A DNA stretch of 63,752 nt, filler included, from Sphacelaria rigidula (GCA_964200075.2; 10 parts of 10 records of this genome joined end to end with filler, not necessarily neighbours in it), one strand, 5' to 3'; counted from the whole stretch's first letter, positions 26,397 to 37,898 are shown. The notes: generated by a model from the letters alone, not told the origin. Program-made: numbers and translations.

Positions 26397-27182
26397 CGAA
26401 CCTCACCAGCAGCCCTTCAACTCATCGTATACGCTTGGCAGGCAGGCAATCCACCTGCTCTTGTATGTACAGATGGGTTGTTTTTGGTAAATACCCTCAG
26501 ACAGTCAGTACTAGAACGCATGCGGTGGAAACTTTAATGTACAGTATTGCGATGACCGCAGCGTGTATTGTTCACAAAGCCCTACACAAACCAAACTTTA
26601 CCGTCTGCGCAGATGTAGGATAAAAAAAATTCGCACTGCTCTTTTTCTTGTATCTCTTTCAATCGCTGCACCCGCTGTCATGTTTTCGACAACCTTGCCA
26701 GCCCTCCTAACACACCCACAACTGTGTTGAGGCATGTAACGTCTGAGGAGGATGTATATACCCGAAACGAACAATTTGTACAAACATGAGTAGACGGTTT
26801 AGCACACTCTATCCGTCGGGACTGGAGCGCATGGCTCCCATAACTTAAGTCTCGTGCCATGATATTTCGACCACCCGGGTGCAGGGATTACATTAGACAC
26901 AGAAAGAAGAGCAGTGCGAGTTATTTTATCCTACACAAGTCCTACATATGAGCAGACGGTAACATTTGTTTTGTTTAGGGCTTCATGAACAATACATTAC
27001 AGCATCCATCCACCGTATGCGCCTTGATCTGTATGGCGAACAATTTTTGCGGTAGTATGATAGTGCTGTGCTGACTGTCTGGGGGGTATTTACCAAAATC
27101 AACCCATCTGTACATACAAAAGCAGGTGGATTGCCTGCCTGCCAAGCGTGTACGATGAGTTGAAGGGCTGCTGGTGAGGTTC

Positions 27183-27235
<53 letters not shown>

Positions 27236-27750
27236 TGTTTGTGGCTTGTAGTACTGTGCGTGCACATGTGGTGGTCTGTTCGCATTATGATGCTTCGTCT
27301 CTATTCAGGGTGGCGGGCGAATTCAAAAATGCGTTCGTTCTTAGACTTGCGGGTCTGCTCAAACGTGTTGTGGAACTGGTTCTATGGTACAGGCAGGTTC
27401 TGCGAATCTACCTGTACAGGCAGATATACGCCGGCCGCGCCTTCACCTGTGGGCAGTATTTCGTCTTGGTTTCCTCCTATCTCCTTCCATACTTTCTCGA
27501 CTTATCTATCCCACCTTATAGCATGCCCTTTCGTACTTTTTTTCCCATACAGCCCTATCAACTATAGCTGGCAGTCTCTTACTCTGCATGCTGTTTACGA
27601 CATATTGCTGTCTCAATTTCCTCATGTCTCTGTTTGAAGTGAGTACATTCCCAACTCTGCTCTCAGTGCTGTATCACTCGTCGTTTTCGGCCATCCCAAG
27701 TATCTTCTTAGCTGCTGCCATCTGTACTGTTTCTAACTTCTTCACCAATT
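25543..27750 (-). mobile_element. LINE ORF2 3' region (post-RT domain plus C-terminal Cys/His motif), interrupted by a foldback element
   Basis: KLVKKLETVQMAAAKKILG...TALRAELGMYSL; YLHGPMEAAKKLKLRFRVGDLDLP; CFCGKEIESRSHIVAECELY; frameshifts. Confidence 0.9.
26168..27436. mobile_element. Mutator/foldback-like non-autonomous element with ~520-570-bp TIRs
   Basis: Arms ~26168-26690 and ~26865-27436 are inverted copies; direct repeat gcgccttcacc at 26157-26167 and 27437-27447 (9-11-bp TSD depending on end placement); LINE resumes on both sides. Confidence 0.88.
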
Positions 27751-27765
27751 TCACGGAGGGGGGGG

Positions 27766-27823
27766 TGTACTAATTTGTTGCTTGCCTTCGTCGTTTGACC
27801 ATTGACCACGCATCCCTTTCGAG
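27766..27823 (-). mobile_element. 58-bp LINE 3' fragment with 19-bp TSD
   Basis: aatttcacggagggggggg at 27747-27765 and 27824-27842. Confidence 0.9.
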
Positions 27824-28021
27824 AATTTCACGGAGGGGGGGGGGGGGAGAACCTGTTCCAAACGATTTCGAAAGTAATCGAGATGTCCAGTCAACGAGGT
27901 CCTCATACCTCATGTTGGGTCGGATGATACCAATAACATCTGCAGTGTTACGACGGCTGCTGTTGGCCCCAGATTGTTCACAAAAATGTTCCAACACTGA
28001 CAAGTCTATATATAGTACACA

Positions 28022-29070
28022 CAGGCTGGTTCACGCTCATCGCCCTAAAAATATTAATGCGCCAAACTTAACGCCGTTTCAGGAGAACCCTGAAATATCG
28101 CACACATGTTATACGGGTCATGAAAAAACTTCAGATGGACGAGTTTTCTCTTCCTCCTGAATTGTAACCGGTTTTCGGGGGTCCGAGGGTTCTTGGAAAA
28201 CCTGTGCCCCCCATGGGACCCCAAAAAACCGGTGAAAAATTCCAAAAGTGAAAAAGATGGTCCAACTGCACTTTCGCAGGAACCCATAGTTCGTATGTGC
28301 AGAATTTCAGGGCCCAACTCCAAAAAACGGCGTGAGGTTTTGCGCCCTTGTGTGATGAAGTTTCCGATGCCCGATGAAATCTACTGAAAAGAATACTTGT
28401 GTAAAAAACGAACATGGCAGTATCGAGTTTAACCACGAAAAACTATTCAAGTGTTCTTTGCGCCACCCCGGGAGGCATATTCTGATTTCGTTCACTTCGA
28501 GGCATATTCTATACCAAGTTGGTGAAGGGCGGGAAAACTTTGCAATATTTTTTAATAATACATTTTTCTTCATTTGGAACACCAATAACTACCGAATTGC
28601 CGAATTTGAGGGCGGTCGAAGCTTGTCTACGACATATAGAAGGGAAGCCGTCGAGAGTTTTTTTGGGGTCTTCGGTGCCCCATGATCAGCGGTAATCCGT
28701 GGATGCCTAAATCCCACATCACTGAAATATCATGTTTTGGGGTATAACTTGACCCCATGATAACCGTTCCCCATTAGACTCCCGAGCTCATGATCGCTAA
28801 TACGATTCGCAGCAAGTGGACATTGGGTAAAAATTGCGTCAAGAATTCTTTTTTGTAGCTAAAGAACAATTTGAAGGGCGCTGATTGGTCGAGGTAACTT
28901 TTCGCCTTTAGCGCCACCCGTATGACATGCACTAAAAAAATCGGGTCATGTCACCTTCTTCAGTTGTCATGTGACGGCCAGTATGATACCATGTATGCGA
29001 CTGCTGGGTCGGTATTGCGGAAGGCTTTTGCTGATGACACAATTTTAGGTGATGAGCATAAACCAGCCTG
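28022..29070. mobile_element. MITE family D (TIR CAGGCTGGTTCAC, TA-flanked, Tc1/mariner-like)
   Basis: caggctggttcac ... ataaaccagcctg|ta; homologous to 43133-44231. Confidence 0.8.
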
Positions 29071-29234
29071 TACACGTTTACGTGAGTTTTCGACGCTGTC
29101 ACGCGGCAACGACCATACAAATGAAATTCCCACCGCCCCCTCCCCGTCCCGCGAATTCTGCTGAAGACGCAACTGTGCAAAGAATACTCAGCAGCAGCAG
29201 AGGGTCTAGCTGTCGTTTTCTCCCATGAATATAT

Positions 29235-29379
29235 CACACCCTGGACAAAGGATTATTTTGTAAATAAATGTACTGCGTACAGTATGGAATCTATTGTCTA
29301 CTGCAATAGGCGCAATAGTCAAAACTACTGTACACAGTACACTCTTCGACAGTGTATATATTCTATTGTCCAGGCTGTG
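29235..29379. mobile_element. Short MITE with TIR CACACCCTGGACAA
   Basis: cacaccctggacaa ... ttgtccaggctgtg; flanks gaatatat / gattatgt (degenerate 8-bp TSD). Confidence 0.8.
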
Positions 29380-29479
29380 GATTATGTTGGCACGGTACGT
29401 TTACTGAATTCCACTCACCATATACTTTCTCAAAAGTCATTACCCCCCTCCCCCGCGCCACTTCTTCAGGACTACTCAC

Positions 29480-29600
29480 ACGAGAGCGCTAAGATCCCCG
29501 AGCTCGTCGATGAATCCGTAAAGATCTGTAATGTCGTACGTGATGTGCACCTGGTGTGGGTTGACTTCCTTCAAGCGACCCTCGTACATTTTCGTCACTC
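29480..29600 (-). CDS. ERH: Enhancer of rudimentary homolog, exon
   Basis: CAG|...|GTGAGT; VTKMYEGRLKEVNPHQVHITYDITDLYGFIDELGDLSALV matches the ERH core; in phase with 30563-30650. Confidence 0.92.
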
Positions 29601-30562
29601 CTGAAAACACAAACGCAGCATTAACAACATCAAGCACCGGGGAGGTCGAGTGAGATGGGGCGAACGAGGCAGGCGAACTTCTGGAGCTTGATGTTATCTC
29701 ATGCACGAGGGGTTTCGCAGTGAAGATCCGCGAAAAGTACGCAGTGCAAGGGCTCAAGTGGGCGGCGTTTGATGCTCCAACCATTTGTGACCAAGTTCCC
29801 TGAGCAAAAAGCGGAGGAACAAGCAGAACCAACCAGCAGAAGAACAAGAACTTAGAGCAATAAAAAAAGCCTCCACAAAAAGTACATTTTTTTTCAACAT
29901 CTCGTATGATGCACGGGATACCCAACATCTAGACCATCGCCCGCGACACTTATTTCACGCGAACCAACAGCGCTACTCAAATTCCAACGGATGCGTAGCT
30001 CTCAGCAGAAGCTCTCATCTTCGCGTACAACGGTTGACAATATTGCACCCCAGACGCCAACATTCGTAAAAGCGGGCGTGGGATAAGGCCTGGTCGTCCA
30101 TAGGTCCTACATAGCGGCAGTAGCAGCGGTAGCGGGAGCAGGGCGAATAAAAGATATAGAGGAAAAAGTGATACAGTCTCTTTTTGCTCCCCCCTTCGTC
30201 GATCACGTATAATTTGGACTCACGTCAATTATTTGACATGTCGGCCGAGATGAGCTACTGTACAAGTTGCGCCCATATTTCCACACTGTCCCACCACGTG
30301 CTTTACTATAGTTGCGTGTTTAGCAGTTAATCATCTGTCTCCCGTTCCGCGAAGGACAGGAGCCAGGCCAATGGACCCCGTAAACCGTACAGCATTGCGG
30401 GCTGTTTGTTTAGGGGGATGTAGCCCTCTCTGGGTGAGCGAATATTCCTGCAGCATAGACCAGGCGACACCCACGCCGCAGCCGAAAAATCGAGCAGCTC
30501 ATCACTCGTGTCTCAGTGTGCCGTTCTTGCTTGCGGGGTACGGCGGCAAACAGCGCACTCAC

Positions 30563-30650
30563 GTTCCATCGCCTGGCTGGTCGACGGCAGATCGTAGTAT
30601 GTCCTGGAGGACGGCCGGTCCCGTTGGACCAACAAGATGGTGTGGTTTCC
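30563..30650 (-). CDS. ERH: Enhancer of rudimentary homolog, upstream exon
   Basis: CAG|...|GTGAGT; GNHTILLVQRDRPSSRTYYDLPSTSQAME (ERH N-terminal HTILLVQ..RTY.D); start-codon exon not located. Confidence 0.9.
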
Positions 30651-31768
30651 CTGTCCTCCATGACATCGAACATACACACACAGCATCATTCGTGGACCGG
30701 AAGAGAGGAGGAGCGGGCGAGAGTAGGGGGGCGGCGGGAAGAGACAGGGGAAGGGAGCTGGGTTTGTCAGCAAGGTAAACGACATCGCTGCAAGGACAGG
30801 CAGCCCAAACATGAAATTTCGAATCTGCAACAAGTATCATCGCGGTGTGCTCAGGTGATAAATATGCCTAGATTTCAAGTGACTGGACGGCATCAAAGGC
30901 ATCTGTCGGTTGTTTGTGGGCGTTTGTGCATGGTTGCGATTTATTTGGAAACATTTGCCCTGCGTTTTCTGGCGAATCGACCAAGAGTACACCCGCTTGG
31001 CAAACGAAGCTGCTACGCCGTCAAGACCAACAAGTCTTCGGCGGAGACGACAAGCCGCGACCCCGAAATCCCTCAAAATGACGGACGACGATTGCTACTT
31101 TCATGAGCGAGCCTAGAACGCCTGCTTGCCGAGGGAATGGTGGACGGAAGCGGAGGGATGATCGGCCAATCGAAACGAATTTCATCATTTTTCGCAAAAG
31201 GAGTAATGCTAGATGCCTCGCAGCCAAACTAGTATCTTGCCGTCTAGCTAGCGACAGATGCACTGTTCATACGCACATTGGACCAACGAACGACGAACGC
31301 CACAAGAACAGTCGCATTCTTGAACCTGTGTGCAGATCCAGTTTGGACCTGCACAGCACAAGCATGTTTCCCGTCAAAAGACTCGGACTGGTTGTTGTGA
31401 GGGCAAATCTCTTTGCAAACTGATTCAGCAAACAGACTCAATTCGTCTCGGTAAGACACGGCCTACGCGACCAATCAACACAGTAGAAATAATCACACCC
31501 TTCCACATCACGCGATTCCGGACATGAATTTTTCCTGGGAACACGCATGGTCGATACGTGAAGCTTTTTCCGACCATCTGGACCCCTCCCCCTCCCTCCC
31601 TTTCCCCCCCCTCATTCTCTCCCCTCCCCTTTGAGGGTTGGCGTCGGTTGGCAACGACGCTGTAAAACACGCCACTCACTGCGTTAGCTAGGCAACCAGG
31701 TCATCATTTTCATTTTCGATCGCGTTTTTTGAACAGTAACCATGGTGGTGGTCGAGTTGGATCATTTT

Positions 31769-31827
31769 CACACCCTGGACAATAGACGGCATCTATTGCG
31801 ATAGCAATAGAATCTGCTACAGTAGAT
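31769..31827 (+). mobile_element. Left end of a CACACCCTGGACAA-TIR element, cut by contig end
   Basis: cacaccctggacaatagacggcatctattgcgatagcaatag. Confidence 0.7.
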
Positions 31828-31927
31828 NNNNNNNNNNNNNNNNNNNNNNNNNNNNNNNNNNNNNNNNNNNNTTAATTAATTAANNNNNNNNNNNNNNNNN
31901 NNNNNNNNNNNNNNNNNNNNNNNNNNN
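31828..31927. other. Artificial contig linker
   Basis: Same 100-nt spacer. Confidence 0.97.
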
Positions 31928-32572
31928 GTGGTTTACAGCGTCATCGCCAACCGACGCAAACGCCATGGGGGGGGTCCGCCCCTACAAAGCCGGGACGGAG
32001 CACGCCGGGTTCCCGCCGGACCCGGCGCATGGGGGGGGGGGGTCGCCGCGAGGCTCATGCCGTCGAAATGGCCCCATTTTGACAAAATCCAGGCGTCTTT
32101 TTGGAAGGGAAACCCAAAAACAAATCGCTCCGCGGGGCCCTCCAGGGGGGGGCCGCATGTCGCCCGCGGAGTTTGTTTAACCCTCCTCCCCGTCAACACT
32201 CTCGCCATCAACGGGCCGAGTCTATGAGCGCCGATGGATCAAGGAGCAACTCATGTCCGGAAGAAGGTTCATGATTTTTAATCGAAGGGTGGAACAAGGT
32301 GTTATTCAACGAATGAACGGACAACCTGCGGGCGTTTCTTTCCATCAAGAGTTACACAACCCCTTCGACTGTGAAGTACAAGTATTATAGAGGTCATTTT
32401 CCACTGCCCAACAAGTTCCATAATCTGTGCTACTACTGTAACGCGAACGCACGTACAGTAACTTGATGTAAATATCTCAATCTTTCCACACGAAAATATC
32501 CCAAAAGGCTTCGCAGACAACGAGTCAACCCCTGTCCTCACAACCAATACAAGGTAAAAATACAAAACTCAC

Positions 32573-32888
32573 CCACACCCGCCTCCACCACCGGAAAAAG
32601 ATCCATATCCATCCCACCCAGCAAATTATCCACGTGCCATCGGTATACCACATCCGCGTTGTCCCCTCCTTCCCCAGCTGCGCCTTCCCCGGCCGCACTG
32701 CCACCTTCTTGTGTATTGGAGGATGACTCTGTCCGCTGTCGCTTGAGTGGGGATTTTCCCTTATTGGCGGTGTTATTGGTAATGGCGGAGGTGGAGTTCT
32801 TGGCGTTGGGATCTCCTGAAGTGGGGTTATTGCCGAGCTCTGATTGTAGTCGCCTTGTTGCTTCTTGGTCTACGGTCCTTCCGACCAT
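32573..32888 (-). CDS. ARP4: Actin-related protein (ARP4-like), exon with low-complexity insertion
   Basis: TAG|ATG GTC GGA...|GTGAGT; phase 0 join to 35121-35212; MVG...YRWHVDNLLGGMDMDLFPVVEAGV. Confidence 0.7.
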
Positions 32889-33435
32889 CTACCTCCATAT
32901 GTATGTATATATATATATATATACATATATATCGTGCGTAGGGCAGTGATAATAATGGATGAGTAGAGAAGACCAGCAGATGCAGGCAGCATCACAGCAA
33001 GAGACGGAACATGGACAGAGAGGCGACAGACAGCGGCGAGAGATCAAAAACATTATGTTCTTGCTTAGCGCGCGCTTCACGTCCGTGCGAAATGATAATC
33101 CCTCGTGTTCATTCATTAGGGTCAATTTTTTTTCCCGTTGCAGAAAAAATTGCGCACGGATTCGAGTTTTTTTTTTTAGTTTCGCAGCTGAAGAAATAAA
33201 AGCCTACTGACTGAATCCGCACGAGGGGTACACGGACGTAGCAAGGTACTCCACTCCCATGCTTCCAGACAGTCTCCTCGCCCTCCACATCGCAGCGGTC
33301 AAAAAAGCAAGAGATACATACAGGAACGCGCTATGAATCAGACAAACACAGTGTTCACCACTTGGTCGATAGAAAAGTTTCCCGGCAATTTATTACTCGA
33401 TTTGAGTGTAAACACCGATATTCGGATCTTTAGTG

Positions 33436-33757
33436 GCTGACCGCCACGCTCCGGTGGTGTAATAGTCCGACTGTCACCATTAGGGTGGGGAGCACGTGGG
33501 CTTCGAATCCCGATCATGCGTTGGGTTTTTTTTTCTCGAAAGTCTCCGATTTCCACCGTCGAAAGGGTTTGTACGTGAATAAACAAAAAGTAGTTGAGTG
33601 GGTTTTGTTCGACGAGAGAGTTGACGCGGTGCGGGAGTCTTGCTCATCACGCAATCCGCGAGACCAAAAATGCAAGGCGAGTACGGTGGAGAGATGGGTT
33701 GATCTCTTGAGACCACGGACTCGTCCCGAGGGAGGGGAGGGCTTCAAAGTGCGACAA
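33436..33757 (+). mobile_element. tRNA-derived SINE (family B)
   Basis: A box GGTGGTGTAATAG, B box GCTTCGAATCCC; second copy 59495-59773 (minus); 3' fragment at ~16640-16690. Confidence 0.75.
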
Positions 33758-33789
33758 GTGAAGAAGAAAAAGGGAAATGAAGTGGGGCT

Positions 33790-33925
33790 GACAGCCCCAA
33801 ATGCTCCGATTTGAGATCTGTCAAAGCCACACTTGGCCTAGAAAACACTTTGCACCCCCCTCGCCCGATGGTTCTCGGTATGCCTCGGGTTGGGGTTAGA
33901 GTTAAGGTTACGGTTACGGTTAACT
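33790..33925. repeat. Repeat fragment with telomere-like GGTTA tract
   Basis: ggttctcggtatgcctcgggttggggttagagttaaggttacggttacggtt; same core as 10250-10360. Confidence 0.65.
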
Positions 33926-34542
33926 TCAGTTCGAAATAATATATTTCCGAGAAAAATTATTTAAAGAAGAATCAATCGAACACGTGGTAATAAACACACC
34001 TCGATAAACAAGGTAATCAACCAGCAACAAGAGAAAGACACAACCGCGCAAAGAGCCAGCACGAGGAACAGACAAAAGCAAAAACCGTGCGGCAGCATCA
34101 GACACCAAAAACTAGAACAAGAGACAAACCACGGGAACAAAAACAGAGCACAAGAGAGCGAGCAATCCAACCGCAACAACAGACACCACCTAGGGCGGAA
34201 GGTCATAGGAGGAGGGCAGCGCGTGCTCTGCGCCACGTTGACGGGGGGGGGGGGGTTGATGGGTTCAACTCCCACACTGCCTTGAGCAAAGCTTTGCAAA
34301 CGCTCGAGGCGCCTACGCCACATGACTGCCGTGAGGCACTCAGTTCAGCCGAGCCTCCGGGTAATCGGCACATGAACCCGTTCGCGGGGTGAGTATTGGA
34401 TGAGGCTTCCTCCTTCCTTCAAGGAGAGAAAAAAAAAGACACCACACCAAGAAAATATCCATCACCCGTCTTCCCTTGCTTCGCGTCTCTTTTTGTCAAA
34501 AATCGTTGTCGGACGGGGGGGAACGGGTAGGGGGGGGGGGGC

Positions 34543-34701
34543 GTACTCATTCGTTGCTTGCCTTAGCCGTTTGACCGTTGATCACGCATCCCTTTCGAGA
34601 CGGAGCATCGTTCCTACTCCTGGTAGAGCCACCTTCCACATTCCGGCGCTCATTACGTTTCTTCTATACGTTACACAAAACATTTTACATATCTTATCCC
34701 C
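34543..34701 (-). mobile_element. 5'-truncated LINE 3' end between two long G-runs
   Basis: G-run 34530-34541 and G-run from 34707; insert matches the LINE 3' end. Confidence 0.88.
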
Positions 34702-35120
34702 ACCCTGGGGGGGGGGGGGGGGGATTAGGGGGAGGGCGTTTTTGGTCTTTTTTATGTTTACAGAATTTTTTATGGGGGTGAGGAATCTNNNNNNNNNNCG
34801 CTCTTCCAATTTCCTTTCTTTCAACGCTAACCAAAAATTTTTAAATATCTTATCCCCCTCTTGGGGGGGGGGGGGGGGATTAAGGGAAGGCATGTTTTGG
34901 CTATTTTAAATGTACCACAAGTTTTTATGAAGTGGTAAATATCGCATTGTTCATTTTTATTATCAAGCTCACCGTGTGACACTACTACTGTAAAATAATA
35001 GAAGTAAAAATATAAGGAAAGGAACAAAAAAGAGAGAAAATAGGAAATTGATTAATTTTATCGATACTGCTCGGCCAAATTTCACTTTCATCTTCTCTGT
35101 TTTTTAAACACGTTTCTCAC

Positions 35121-35212
35121 CGACGAGAAGTAGGCTCTGGGGAAGTCCTCCCCGGCGAAGCCCATCTTGCAAGAGTAGGAGCCAATATCGCCAACGATAG
35201 CGCCAACGTCAT
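35121..35212 (-). CDS. ARP4: Actin-related protein (ARP4-like), N-terminal exon
   Basis: CAG|...|GTGAGA; DDVGAIVGDIGSYSCKMGFAGEDFPRAYFSS (actin-fold phosphate-1 region); ARP4 assignment is by resemblance only. Confidence 0.8.
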
Positions 35213-35654
35213 CTGCCGAATTGATGTGTGTACGAATGCGCGCGTGCGTCATAATCCATGATGGGTACATGTGTGTCATACTCTAGTGCGCGTGTGCGCG
35301 TGTCATACTCCAGTGTTGAGTCTGTTGCGTAAACCCGTAGAACAGGTCGTACGGTGTTAACGTGCATATCGCCGGGCACAAGGGTTAAGGATTGAAAAAC
35401 AAGAGCGATTTGGGCATAAAACATGTAAACGTGAAGACAAGGGATGGGGACGCGATCGGGCAGCAGTGTCTAGTTGGCGCCATCACAGACGCTAGGTCAA
35501 GTCACATGTACTACTGACGTACACACGGGAGTAGAGCAGAGTACCGCAACAATAATTTCCTTCTCCGGGGTTCTCCCCGCTGACGACTCTTGACCTGGGC
35601 AGCATTCACTGCGGTATTCAGCCACGGCTGTAATGCACCCTACTTTTTTACGTT

Positions 35655-35779
35655 AATCGGACATCACGGTGAATTTTTTCCGCGGTAATCAGCCGTCATG
35701 ATATTGCACCGTATGTAAAATCGGCCATCACGATGATTTTTTTCCGCGGTGATCAGCCGTCATAATATTGCACCGTATT
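35655..35779. repeat. Imperfect tandem duplication (~64-bp period) within an ACCG-rich repeat
   Basis: aatcgg.catcacg.tga.ttttttccgcggt.atcagccgtcat.atattgcaccgtat x2. Confidence 0.8.
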
Positions 35780-37528
35780 TCTTGGACGGAAACCGGTCAC
35801 CAGGGTATTTTCACCGCTGCATTTAATGAAAGGCGAGCCTACGTCTGTGACCACGGGTTCGAGAGATCGGGCTAATGTCCGTAAATAAAAACGGTAAAAT
35901 AATGGTTCAGTCACCACGGTAACGGTGCGGTATTGTACGGTATATTTACTTTTCACTTGTTTCTCGTCGTCATGCCACGATAGGGGTTGACACATCAGGT
36001 ACGGCCCAAATATTCCTTATGAAGGAGCCTCCCGAAGTCATTAGCTACTCATGATTATGGGTCAAGACATTCCCGTCTGGAAATTTATTCGAGATATCCC
36101 TAGCCCATCGGAATGCTAATGGTGCCGTGCCGCACACGTTTCACGAAGTCGTTTTGTTGGTGAGATGAAGGGTTCCTCACAATTAAAACCCAAAAAAATT
36201 GTGAACCCCCCTCGTGGCATAAATTTCTTCGTTTTTTTTCGCACCAGCGTGTGGTGTGGCAACGCCAGTACGTTCACGGAACTCGAAAACCGAAAATCTT
36301 TGAGCGCGATCCCAAAAAATAAAATCAATATTAAATAATAAAAATTAAATAAAATTAAAATAAATAATAATAATAATAATGATAATAACTCGTCTCCAGA
36401 TCACGGACAGATATTCTTCGAGGCCAACCAGGACAGCGATCAAAATTCAACAGCTACGCCAGTCGATGTCGACTACCTCCACGACCAGAACAAACCCGTC
36501 AAAATGACCCGCCCCCCTTTTAAAACCTACGGTGGTGGTGGTGTGTTGTCGTCCCATCTAGGCCAAGCAAAACACGTTTCGCTCCCGGTAATGACAGGAG
36601 AAAACTCGTGGAATAATCGCCAAAACCACGACCTCTTGGCATCTCTTGCCAGTTCCCTGCGGGACAATCTTGATCGTCTCTGGCGTACCATTCTCCGAGT
36701 GAAGAGTCTCTGCAGGGGGGGCTGCATCACCAAGCGACACCACCACCTCCATGCGGTGCGGCGGCAGCACCATCATTCGTCGCCGAAGGACCCATGGCAA
36801 CCGATTGTGGTACCTCGCCCACTGGATTGACGCCATCAACGGTACCACCACGTTCCGTGACTGCTTCCTTGGTGTTTGCGAACTCCCAACTTTTTTTTTT
36901 CTCGTCAACAAAAACATCGGAAAAAAATAGAAAAAAGTATGAAAGTAACAACATACTTGGCACAAAAAAAAAAATACACGCCGCTCGGGTATCGAATCCA
37001 TGGCATTCATTCCTAGCGCCACTACCCCTGTCAACGGGCCTGTAGAAGCATAACACTTTGACACAACATTGCGAAGTGCGTTTACGTACGGTATTTGGTG
37101 ATTCGGTATTTTCACGGTACTCGTTACCGCGGCGATTGGGCGAGAATTGCGATATTTTCCTCATATTATTTCCTATTTGCTTGGGATTACCACGGTAATT
37201 CCAATTTATCAAGACCCTTCCCACCGAAGTCATGTGGCAGCGGCCGGGCATTTATATTTTGTTTTCTATTTTTTATGTCCTTGTTCTGTTTCTGTTCTTT
37301 CCTTTTTTCTTCTTTTCTTAGTCTACTCTGTATGTTCTACCCTCCTGGTTTTCTTCCCTCTTCTCAACGACTGTTTTCACTTTGTTTTCATCTCGCGTAC
37401 ACCTACCATATGGATAATGACCACGGCTGGATCATGACTCCTGGGGGATCAGTTGAAGAGTGACAATCAATCAAACAACCAACGGTAACCCTTTGAATAG
37501 AAACGGTAACTATATTTCATTACCGTTG

Positions 37529-37898
37529 GCTGGTCGTCCCGGTGGCTCAGCTGTCAATCTCGACACCTGCTGACGCTCGCGTCGTGGGTTCGAATCTCGG
37601 TGCAGTCACACGATCTGATATTTTTTCTCACACAATACCCGACAGTAGAGAGGGACCATGTCGTGGGTACACAAAATTCGATTTCACAGTTAACGAGGGA
37701 AAGGGAACGCTGAACCTCTCTCGCAAGAAAAGAGAAGGCAAGCACCGCAGAAGGACGGTAGAGTACTAATACAAAATAGAAAAGATAAAAACTCCTATGT
37801 TGGCCCTCCTCTCATGTGACCCCGACTGATACGCCCACAAATACACAAGGTGTACACTGGCGTCCATAACAGATGCCACGACAATACAACACGCACAC
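37529..37898 (+). mobile_element. Full-length tRNA-derived SINE (family A-related), CA-rich tail
   Basis: A box TGGCTCAGCTG, B box GGTTCGAATCT; 3' half collinear with 50768-50982 (minus), which ends in (CA)n. Confidence 0.78.

Noticed and set aside
26975..27637. ORFs with HT/VC runs (also 40291, 61273, 24281)
   Set aside because: Translations of microsatellites
27851..27940. Possible last ERH exon (CAG...CAG|GT on minus strand)
   Set aside because: In the required phase it stops early and does not resemble the ERH C-terminus
31630..31970. Inverted repeat spanning the linker (ttacagcgtc.t.gccaaccgacgc)
   Set aside because: The halves are on different contigs; just two copies of one repeat family
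34660..34930. Tandem duplication around the short N gap
   Set aside because: Two noisy versions of the same G-run-flanking sequence; typical low-quality read overlap after poly-G
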